Source: Patescibacteria group bacterium
GTDB lineage: Bacteria > Patescibacteriota > Patescibacteriia > UBA9934
Assembly: GCA_041660165.1 (NCBI GenBank)
Contig: JBAZWW010000001.1
Location: forward strand, 28,009-92,008
Reading direction: 5' to 3'
DNA: 64,000 nucleotides
Shown: positions 47,745 through 55,470 of the stretch, one piece after another
How positions within the stretch are numbered: position 1 is the stretch's first letter
How the letters are laid out: each line of letters opens with the position of its first letter
Made by a program: the position numbers and the translations under genes
Notes under the pieces: model-generated
What the model was told of the DNA's origin: nothing
Databases searched by the model: none
What the model saw: only the letters and a program-made list of their open reading frames with translations

Positions 47745-48947
47745 ATGCCCAAACCATTTTTGCCAGCGTTTGCTGACCTCTCGCAGGATATTGCGGGGGA
47801 GATACCCGTGGGAATAATCGAAGACTGGATTCAGAGTGACGGCAGTGCTGAGGCGCACGCCAGGATACTCGCCTCTTTTGAACGGCGGGGAACATTTGTG
47901 TCATCTGACTCGGCGGGACTGTCGAAATTAGCGCTCGGTAAATCTTTGATCGAGGTGATGAAGCTGGTTAGTCAGCCGAAGGAAATTATTCACGCGCTTG
48001 GCACGGCCATTGGCGGGCAGGCAGTGGGCATTTGGATCGCTGACAACACGCAGATGTTTTACCCGTCGAGCGTTCCTGTTGAGCACGTTGTTCGTCAGAT
48101 GCTCGCCGTTCAAAACGAGGCCTCGAAATGTTTAGTGAAAGTCGGCCTTGGTATTCATGTTGGCGTGGTGTATGAAATTGGCGGGGGATTGTATGGCGCT
48201 GATGCGGATGATGTTGAGCATGCCACTGAGGAAGAGTCTAAGGCGGGGGAGGTGATGGTGTCAAAGGCCGTTAAAGGAATAATTGGCGAATCATTCACGG
48301 TTGATAATGAGCGCGCGGGCTATGACATCCTCAAGCGCTCGCCTGGTGACTCGCCGATCAAACATGGTACAAACAATCGTTACCCCGCGCCGTTTGATGC
48401 CAAGTTTTTTGACGAGCTTCAGATGCTCGATCTCACGAATAAGGAATCGGTCGCTGAACTTGAACGTGCTCGTCTCCAAGCTCGAACCGTTGTTCTTCTT
48501 CGAGTATTTCATGCGCCCGAAGAATTGCTTTTGAACACGCTCACTAAGGGAGTCTCGACTAACTCGCTTATGAATAATGTGCTCAAGCGCTATGACTGTA
48601 ACCTCATTAACATGAACGGCAGTTTGATGATCGTGACCCTCGAAAAACCGGCCGAGGCAGTTGATTTGGCCCTCGCTCTCCATGAAACAGCGCGCGAGAA
48701 TGAGCTTACTGCGAACGTAGGCGTCGTAGCTGGCGACGTTCTCATCTTTGACCTTGGCCACGGCAAAGAACAAATTGCCGGCTCGCCCGTGAACGTTGCG
48801 TCAAAGCTTGCCGAGGACACAGACGAGCGTAACGCGGTTTTTCTTGAATCCTCAGTTGCTGAGCATGCTCCCCAGCATGGACTGACCTCTGCCTTCACTG
48901 TTTCTAAGTCCGGCGTTGAGCTGACGGGAATTCGTGTATCATTCTAA
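47745..48947 (+). CDS. Class III nucleotide cyclase-fold protein with two domains
   Basis: SSDSAGLS, IADNTQ, GLGIHVG, GEVMVS; second domain GVVAGDV, GSPVNVASKL. Confidence 0.7.
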   Translation: MPKPFLPAFADLSQDIAGEIPVGIIEDWIQSDGSAEAHARILASFERRGTFVSSDSAGLSKLALGKSLIEVMKLVSQPKEIIHALGTAIGGQAVGIWIADNTQMFYPSSVPVEHVVRQMLAVQNEASKCLVKVGLGIHVGVVYEIGGGLYGADADDVEHATEEESKAGEVMVSKAVKGIIGESFTVDNERAGYDILKRSPGDSPIKHGTNNRYPAPFDAKFFDELQMLDLTNKESVAELERARLQARTVVLLRVFHAPEELLLNTLTKGVSTNSLMNNVLKRYDCNLINMNGSLMIVTLEKPAEAVDLALALHETARENELTANVGVVAGDVLIFDLGHGKEQIAGSPVNVASKLAEDTDERNAVFLESSVAEHAPQHGLTSAFTVSKSGVELTGIRVSF

Positions 48948-48950
48948 TGT

Positions 48951-49025
48951 CTCCACCCTGAGCTATGCGAAGGGTCCGACTTTCACCGGTGAGGGTCGGA
49001 TCCTTCACTGTCGTTCAGGATGGGA
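48951..49025. repeat. Complete REP-like inverted pair
   Basis: CCACCCTGAGCTATGCGAAGGGTCCGACTTTCAC-CG-GTGAGGGTCGGATCCTTCACTGTCGTTCAGGATGG. Confidence 0.78.
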
Positions 49026-49046
49026 TGGGCTGAAACCTGATTTTCT

Positions 49047-49550
49047 ATGCGAGTACCGATACGTCGATCTGAAACACTGAAAAAAACCGAACCGCCGGAT
49101 AGATTTGTGACGCAAGAAACGCTCGACAGCATGAAACGGACAGTTGAACGCCTCGTGAAAATTGAACGTCCTCTGGCACTAGCTGAAGTTCAACGGCTGG
49201 CAGAAATGGGGGACTTGTCAGAAAACTTTGGGTACTACGTAGCCAAGACTGCGCTCCGTTCCATGGACGGAAAAATTGAAAACTTGAAAGACAAAATAAA
49301 CACCGCCGTGGTGATTGAATCCGGCTTACTCGACGGCAAAGTCCACGTGGGTTCAACCGTCACCTTGCTTCTCAATGGTTCGCCCATGACCGTCACTATC
49401 CTTGGCTCTACCGAATCCGCGCCAGGCAAAGGCCGAATCTCCCGTGGCTCTCCCCTCGGCGCCGCCCTCCTTGGTCACAGCATTGGCGACGTATATGAAA
49501 AGTACATTGGGAATGCGGAGGCAAGGATTGAGATTCAGTCGGTTGCGTAA
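49047..49550 (+). CDS. greA: GreA/GreB family transcription elongation factor
   Basis: MGDLSENFGY, VHVGSTV, ILGSTES, ISRGSPLGAALLG. Confidence 0.88.
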   Translation: MRVPIRRSETLKKTEPPDRFVTQETLDSMKRTVERLVKIERPLALAEVQRLAEMGDLSENFGYYVAKTALRSMDGKIENLKDKINTAVVIESGLLDGKVHVGSTVTLLLNGSPMTVTILGSTESAPGKGRISRGSPLGAALLGHSIGDVYEKYIGNAEARIEIQSVA

Positions 49551-49555
49551 ACATT

Positions 49556-50023
49556 TTACGCTGAATGCTTGTAAGACCCACGATGTTTTCCTCCTAAGTT
49601 AAGGGGAATGTTCAGTAGCCCGCAAAATAGGACCCATCCAGTAGCGACAGCGATCAAAGGCGCCAATGTGGCAAGACTTTGCATGGCCTCCTCAGATCCG
49701 TCGGCCGTTCCTACCAGGGCGATGGCCGGTACTATGACAAACATAACAGGAGCGAAGACTGACAAAATGAGTGTTTGCGAGCGGTACTCGCTATACGAAC
49801 AATGGAGCTGGGAGTGTCTTCCGCTACAAACGTACGGTTCCTGAGGAGTCCAGTAATCGCCCTTGCCCCAATCGATTGGCTCCCTATTTACTAATGAGTC
49901 CGGCTGTCCATTTGGACCAAGGAATTGGTAGGCGATAAATTCAAGCGGCGACAGTAGGATAAGGCTAGCCAGTCCCAAGAGACATCCCATCAGAAATTTA
50001 GTGAGGAACAATTTATTTGTCAT
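49556..50023 (-). CDS. Hypothetical membrane protein
   Basis: Three hydrophobic segments; overlaps the upstream gene in an operon-like manner. Confidence 0.55.
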   Translation of the reverse strand: MTNKLFLTKFLMGCLLGLASLILLSPLEFIAYQFLGPNGQPDSLVNREPIDWGKGDYWTPQEPYVCSGRHSQLHCSYSEYRSQTLILSVFAPVMFVIVPAIALVGTADGSEEAMQSLATLAPLIAVATGWVLFCGLLNIPLNLGGKHRGSYKHSA

Positions 50024-50402
50024 AGGACGCAGAGTGCTTAGAAAACAAGAGGTTGAAAACTCCCATTACCGACGTTGAACCAAGATAAACGAGAATATCC
50101 AACGGGTCAAACGTACCGCCAAGCACCAACGTTGAGAATGTCGAATGGGGGAGCGAGAGAAATGCTTGGAGGAATTCAATGCTTAGAGCTAGCGTGAATA
50201 CTCCAACGGCTGTTAAAACGGGTTTTGGGCGAAGTATGAGTACGGCGAGCGAGTAGAGGAAAGTAATCGCCACAATATCGCCACCGTAGTTGCGTAGAAA
50301 TCCGCCGTGAAAGAAGAGGAAAATGAGTAAGCCGGAAACAAGGCTGAACAACGCCAGAAGTCCGAATAATCTCCGCTCGCGAGTTAATGAATATTCTCGC
50401 AT
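50013..50402 (-). CDS. DUF2809 family membrane protein
   Basis: RNYGGD, IEFLQ, LVLGGTFDPLDILVY. Confidence 0.82.
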   Translation of the reverse strand: MREYSLTRERRLFGLLALFSLVSGLLIFLFFHGGFLRNYGGDIVAITFLYSLAVLILRPKPVLTAVGVFTLALSIEFLQAFLSLPHSTFSTLVLGGTFDPLDILVYLGSTSVMGVFNLLFSKHSASYDK

Positions 50403-50959
50403 ATTGCTTTTTGATATTCGGTGTGGCTGATGGCATGCGGGGCATTTTGTACGATAATGATTTTGCTTTTCGGCAAATGCTTGGCAATAGATTCAATGCG
50501 AGGTTTGATGGCGGGGAAGAGTTTAGCCTCCACTGATCCATAGAAGAAGGTTGCTGGCGCGCTTATTTGTTTGGCGATCTGAAGCGCTCTGAACTGCTTA
50601 AAGTCTTGCATACGCCTAGTCCCTAAAATTGTTTTCCACCAAGGTTTTAGCGTGTTGAGGTCTTCAGAAAAATAGGGGCTCAATGAACAAAGAATAAGCC
50701 GGTTCGGTTTCAGCGCCGGTGCGGATATAAACGCGATCATTGCGCCAAAAGAAAAGCCTAATACGGTGTTGTTTTCTGTTTTGTACTTCTTGTACTGTTG
50801 TTCAAATTCCGCCACGTAGTCGCTCATCACGCGCCTATTCCATTTGATGGGAACAACCACAACCCGGTACCCCTTTTGTTGAAAATGGGTTTTAAGTCTT
50901 TGGTATCCCGTTCTCTCAGGTAGTTGCGTAAACCCCGGGATAATGAAAAGCGTCTTCAT
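50384..50959 (-). CDS. Alpha/beta hydrolase
   Basis: IIPGF, nucleophile elbow GFSFG, C-terminal APH. Confidence 0.8.
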   Translation of the reverse strand: MKTLFIIPGFTQLPERTGYQRLKTHFQQKGYRVVVVPIKWNRRVMSDYVAEFEQQYKKYKTENNTVLGFSFGAMIAFISAPALKPNRLILCSLSPYFSEDLNTLKPWWKTILGTRRMQDFKQFRALQIAKQISAPATFFYGSVEAKLFPAIKPRIESIAKHLPKSKIIIVQNAPHAISHTEYQKAICENIH

Positions 50960-51045
50960 ATCCCTGATCGTAGCACGGGCATTCCCGCCTTGCCATTCAA
51001 AAGCCTATTTGATAAAGTACCCCCGGTTTGAAGGATGTTCCGTAT

Positions 51046-51104
51046 TGTTCGGGGGTAGCTTCCGCCTTCGCTCGATTACGAGCTACGGCGGATAAACAGT
51101 GGCA
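51046..51104 (+). pseudogene. Duplicated 5' fragment of tRNA-Asn, interrupted by a 36-nt palindromic insert
   Basis: TGTTCGGGGGTAGCT[insert 51061-51096]CAGTGGCA equals 51137-51159 once the insert is removed. Confidence 0.8.
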
Positions 51105-51139
51105 CATGGCCACTTCGCTACTTCAGGACAAAGATATGT

Positions 51140-51214
51140 TCGGGGGTAGCTCAGTGGCAGAGCAAGGGACTGTTAATCCCTGGGTCGTGGGTTCGAGCCC
51201 CACCCCCCGAGCCA
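51140..51214 (+). tRNA. tRNA-Asn(GTT)
   Basis: TCGGGGGTAGCTCAGTGGCAGAGCAAGGGACTGTTAATCCCTGGGTCGTGGGTTCGAGCCCCACCCCCCGAGCCA folds as a cloverleaf; anticodon GTT; encoded CCA. Confidence 0.96.
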
Positions 51215-52842
51215 GAATGCACATCTTGCGTTGCAAGGTGTGTTTTCTTTTTGTCGTGCCTTGAAAAGAGGGCAGAATAGCCGTCTTTTGCGATAAACGA
51301 GAATTCATTGTTAGAAAAACGGAGTTCGGTAAACACCTGGGCGATGATCTGATGCTTTTCTATGTCTAGCGCGTATTTGTAGTACAAACCCGCCCTTTTA
51401 ACGAGTTCGGAAAAGGTTAGGATGTATTTGAGCATTTCGTGTTCAGATTGGTGAATCTCCCCCAAAGAAGCCTGAACCTCACGGTACTCGTTTTCTAGGC
51501 GCGTTACATCTGTCGCGTAATCCTCGGGACTGATAGCTTTAGTGCGGAGGAGCGTGATCTTCTCGTTTTTCAAATAGTCGAGATCTGCATAGATCCGATC
51601 GACATGTCTTTGGAGTTCATGGCGTTTCTTGTCGCGCTCGTCAGCGACCTTATTGAGCCCTGTGCGCGTTTTGGCCTCGATCTCGGATAACTCTTCGTCT
51701 GAGAATGCAATCTTCCCCAGTAGGCCCCCGATATACTCATGTACCTTCTCATTGCTCAGGTTTGGATTCGGATTCGTGCAACCCTCTTTGCACTTTGCGC
51801 GAAAATAGAGCTGACCCTTCTGTTCGTAGGGGGAGTAGGATCGACCGCACGAACACTTGATGACCCCACGGTAGGTTACGAATAATTTATCGGGGTAATG
51901 GACGCCAGTGGCACGTTGTGCTAGCGCGGCCTGAACCTTATAAAAGAGACCAGCTTCAACGAGGACGGGGTGGATGCCATTAATCACGCTTCCTCGATTT
52001 TTCAACTTACCAATATAGAACGGATTATTCAGTATATTTTCAATGGATTTAGTATTTACGGGGCGCGATATTTTTGGAGCAAAGTTATCGTTCCCAGAGA
52101 GAATTTCTTCTTTAGTACGTTTTGGTCGAATCGGTTTGGTTGTGAGTCCTTGTTTATTTGCCCATTTTGCGAGTTGGCTAAAGCTCCACTCACCAGTCGC
52201 GTATAGTTCAAATATCCGTTTTACAGTTGGAGCGCGATCGGGATCGAGTACCTTGTTATCCGACCCATTGTCTAAATAACCGATAGGGGAAACGTACGAA
52301 CAATATCCTTTCGCTCTAATCTTTTCTAAGCCCGCACGTGTTTTCTGGCTGATATCTCGCGAAAAGTGTTCAGAAAATGTTCCATCAATATCGCGGTGTA
52401 AGGCACCTGCCGCTGTTTGTTCATACTGTGCCTGTACAAACCGAATATCAACACGCGAATCATCAATCATTCGTTTGATGACCATTGCATCCTGTTCGTT
52501 TCGGCTGAGTCTATCCCAACATAGGACGATCACCCCCTTGAATTTGGATTGCTTGAGATCCTGCATCAATCTCAGGAATTTTGGCCTGCCTATATCGAAG
52601 ACGATTTGTCCTTTCGTATTAAAATCTATTCCTGCTGTTTTATATGCCGAATGTTTTTCTCGGATGATCCCGTCCGTGTAGTAACCGTCGATTGATCCTT
52701 TTACGACAGGCAATCCGAGCGATTTAGCGTGACTCAAATTGGCTCCCTCCTGATAGTCGAGTGAGTTTTTTTGGTTATTGGCTTCGTCTGTACTTTTGCG
52801 AGTGTAGACGAGGTATTCCTGACTGTGATCGGATTCTTTCAT
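51151..52842 (-). CDS. Large serine recombinase (integrase)
   Basis: YTRKST catalytic motif, DRLSRN, PIGY, NPFYIG recombinase domain, CSCG...C zinc ribbon, coiled coil; C-terminus overlaps tRNA-Asn antisense. Confidence 0.93.
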   Translation of the reverse strand: MKESDHSQEYLVYTRKSTDEANNQKNSLDYQEGANLSHAKSLGLPVVKGSIDGYYTDGIIREKHSAYKTAGIDFNTKGQIVFDIGRPKFLRLMQDLKQSKFKGVIVLCWDRLSRNEQDAMVIKRMIDDSRVDIRFVQAQYEQTAAGALHRDIDGTFSEHFSRDISQKTRAGLEKIRAKGYCSYVSPIGYLDNGSDNKVLDPDRAPTVKRIFELYATGEWSFSQLAKWANKQGLTTKPIRPKRTKEEILSGNDNFAPKISRPVNTKSIENILNNPFYIGKLKNRGSVINGIHPVLVEAGLFYKVQAALAQRATGVHYPDKLFVTYRGVIKCSCGRSYSPYEQKGQLYFRAKCKEGCTNPNPNLSNEKVHEYIGGLLGKIAFSDEELSEIEAKTRTGLNKVADERDKKRHELQRHVDRIYADLDYLKNEKITLLRTKAISPEDYATDVTRLENEYREVQASLGEIHQSEHEMLKYILTFSELVKRAGLYYKYALDIEKHQIIAQVFTELRFSNNEFSFIAKDGYSALFSRHDKKKTHLATQDVHSGSGGGARTHDPGINSPLLCH

Positions 52843-53036
52843 AGTGGGTTCAAGTTAGACGATACTGCACTTTTCGTAATCTTTGGAGGAGTGACGGTCA
52901 TACCTTCAAATTCATAGCCCTCGAACTCTAAACGCCTATGAATACGCTCAAGGATCGCTGAGAACGCCAAGAACCCGCCGATCTCATTCTCGGAGAATGT
53001 TTGGTTGTGGGGTTGGGACTCTTGGGGTTCAATCAC
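52839..53036 (-). CDS. Small hypothetical protein coupled to the integrase
   Basis: 4-bp ATGA overlap with the integrase start. Confidence 0.6.
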   Translation of the reverse strand: MIEPQESQPHNQTFSENEIGGFLAFSAILERIHRRLEFEGYEFEGMTVTPPKITKSAVSSNLNPL

Positions 53037-53043
53037 AAATTAT

Positions 53044-53241
53044 TTACTTCGTTCCGTAGATCTTTCTGCGTTCATCAATCGAAAGCATCTTTTTAGGTAT
53101 CCATGCCCTATAGCCGCATGATGGTTTGCGTGCACAGAAGAACTGCACTGCTCGTTTGATTGCGTAGAAGCCGATGTAGCTTTGGTAGCACCACGGACAG
53201 GACGTCATTTTGAGAGTTCCCCGTTTTTTGAAGTTAGACAT
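53044..53241 (-). CDS. Small zinc-ribbon-like protein
   Basis: CPWC...CARKPSC; GGAGAG RBS-like site. Confidence 0.55.
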   Translation of the reverse strand: MSNFKKRGTLKMTSCPWCYQSYIGFYAIKRAVQFFCARKPSCGYRAWIPKKMLSIDERRKIYGTK

Positions 53242-53505
53242 AACTTTTTCTCTCCCTCGGGTTACGGGGGAGTCTTCTTGGAAGGTTTAACGGTTCGTGG
53301 TCACGGGGTAGAACCCGAGCACACTGGGATGACATCTCTGTCAGTTCTTCAGCTTCGGGCGTGGTTCGTGACCACGAAACAATGAATGAGGGTATCGTCT
53401 GGGTTTAACGTCTTCTCCGATACGTCAGACAGTTGAACGAGAGATACTTTCTATAAAACCAAAAAGCATCCCGAAGGATGCCTAGTGGTGAAGAATGTGA
53501 ATATT

Positions 53506-54378
53506 CTAAATAAAGGAGGGGGGTCTATTTGCGAAAACGATTTTTCGTTTCATTCGGTTTACAATTGAAGAAATCGCTCCACTTTCTACTGAAATTCCGT
53601 CTGCTTTTAGATCATTAGCTGTACTTAGTTCGAGGTAACCGCTCGAACTCGATCTTTGGGAAGGCGGTGTAGCTCTGTTTTTAATGTATGCGTTATATAT
53701 TCTTACATCCTCAGGGAATCGAGTATAAGCTTTCTTTCTCTTAGTCGATTGGGTATCCAGTATTTTTCTTTGTATTATTTTTACGGATTTCCAATTATTA
53801 TTTATGTAATCTAGCACTTCGGCTTTACTTGTACCAGCCATAAATTCAAACCTGATCTTTCGTTCTATTTTCTGTGGGTGTTCGTCGTAATGAACGCTAC
53901 CAACCTCACACCCGAGCATGAATATATTGGACATTATGATGTATTCGGTAGCAATGATTCTGGCGCTTGTCATACTGAAAATATCCTCGTAGATTCTGAG
54001 CGTGCCACGCGTTTTGTCTTCGGGGTCGGTAATTACCAAGGGAACGATATGTTTAACATATTCATATACCTCGTCATCAAGTTGTTCGCCGATGGAAAAT
54101 CTGGCGGGGTACAGGTTACCGTCTGCAATATAGCCCTCTTTTAGATATCTCATTGACTCATCCGATAAATGGTAGATGTCATGGGTTTCGGGCGTATTTC
54201 CAGAGATGCCCATCTGTTTACGGATTCGGGCAACGAATAATTTGAAATCCTTTTTGAGTAGGAGTAGCTGAAAGATTTCCGCCCCTCGTTTTTTTAGCGC
54301 GTCGCCACAATAGAGCGAGTTGAGGATTTGTTCGTCACGTTCGGAGAAGAAAATCTCCGTATAATCGTATTTATACAT
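53506..54378 (-). CDS. Hypothetical protein, possible C-terminal HTH
   Basis: 290-aa ORF followed by the terminator AAAAAGCATCC-CGAA-GGATGC. Confidence 0.65.
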   Translation of the reverse strand: MYKYDYTEIFFSERDEQILNSLYCGDALKKRGAEIFQLLLLKKDFKLFVARIRKQMGISGNTPETHDIYHLSDESMRYLKEGYIADGNLYPARFSIGEQLDDEVYEYVKHIVPLVITDPEDKTRGTLRIYEDIFSMTSARIIATEYIIMSNIFMLGCEVGSVHYDEHPQKIERKIRFEFMAGTSKAEVLDYINNNWKSVKIIQRKILDTQSTKRKKAYTRFPEDVRIYNAYIKNRATPPSQRSSSSGYLELSTANDLKADGISVESGAISSIVNRMKRKIVFANRPPSFI

Positions 54379-54760
54379 AGCGCGAACGTGTGAATCAGTG
54401 GAGGTGGATTTCGGTATTGCCGAGCGAATTAACCTAATAACCTAGCTGATATATTTAACTATAACCGAATAACCGATTTTGTATTTCCCCAGTGTTAGCC
54501 GTTTTATCAAGTAATGGCTCGATCGAGCAAGAATTTGCAAAATTGCTGGCTCATGGTATCGTTTTTGCCATCTACCTACTGTTTTCGCCGCACAAGGCGT
54601 TGTCTTTTTCTAACCGATTGCGGATAGAGATGGGCAGCTGCCTCCACAATCGGACAGCCTTGTGCTGACCGAAAACAGTGGGTAGATAGGTGGCTGTCCT
54701 TTTTTGATACTCGGACAGTTACCTGGAGATTAATTAACTAATTACCCATATCATCTACGT

Positions 54761-55285
54761 ATGGACAAGGATGCAGCCAAAGAAACGATCAAGAAACCGA
54801 TATATAGGCGTTGGTGGTTTTGGTTGTTGGCATTTTTAGCATTCGTTATGATCGTGGGACCATTTTTGCCAGAATCGACAACGACCCCATCTCCCGTTGT
54901 GGTTTCTTCTGGGACAGGTTCTGACACGATAAACGTTGACAAGCCAACACCCGCCCCTGAGCCAGAGAAAGTAGTAGCGACCACGAGTGCTGTGAAATTT
55001 TATCAGGATTATACGACTAACAATATAGCCGCTGAGCAAAAATATAACGGTCATTTGGTGAAACTCACTGGCGTAATTTCAAGTATCGGCAGGGATATTC
55101 TTGGGAAAGCGTACATTGTGTTGAAGGGTGATCAGTATGGTTTTAAGGGAATTCAGTGCATGTTGGACGATTCATCGATGGCGAAGGTGGCTGAGGTCAG
55201 CATTGGCGACTCGGTCACTCTGACTGGCAGGGTTAAGGATAATGTTCTTACAAATATTCTTATTGACGGTTGTTTGATCGACTGA
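54761..55285 (+). CDS. Membrane-anchored OB-fold protein (tRNA_anti-like family)
   Basis: KKPIYRRWWFW plus TM; YTTNNIAAEQKYNGHLVKLTGVISSI; GDSVTLTG. Confidence 0.82.
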   Translation: MDKDAAKETIKKPIYRRWWFWLLAFLAFVMIVGPFLPESTTTPSPVVVSSGTGSDTINVDKPTPAPEPEKVVATTSAVKFYQDYTTNNIAAEQKYNGHLVKLTGVISSIGRDILGKAYIVLKGDQYGFKGIQCMLDDSSMAKVAEVSIGDSVTLTGRVKDNVLTNILIDGCLID

Positions 55286-55470
55286 ACCTAACTGATGCCC
55301 CAAACTCATTCCACCACCACTCCATAATCGAACGTGGGGCAATACAGGGGCACACGGCTCTTGTCGGTGGCGTGAACAGGCGGTCGAGTATCAGACTTAA
55401 CCAACAGAAGGCCATATCTCGGATGTGGCCTTTTTGTAATTTCCGAAATGTGAGAGTATCAGATGAATCT

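Noticed and set aside
55270-55470. N-terminal extension of the NACHT ORF
   Set aside because: Starts at a non-ATG codon overlapping the upstream gene and does not look protein-like; ATG 55471 is more plausible.
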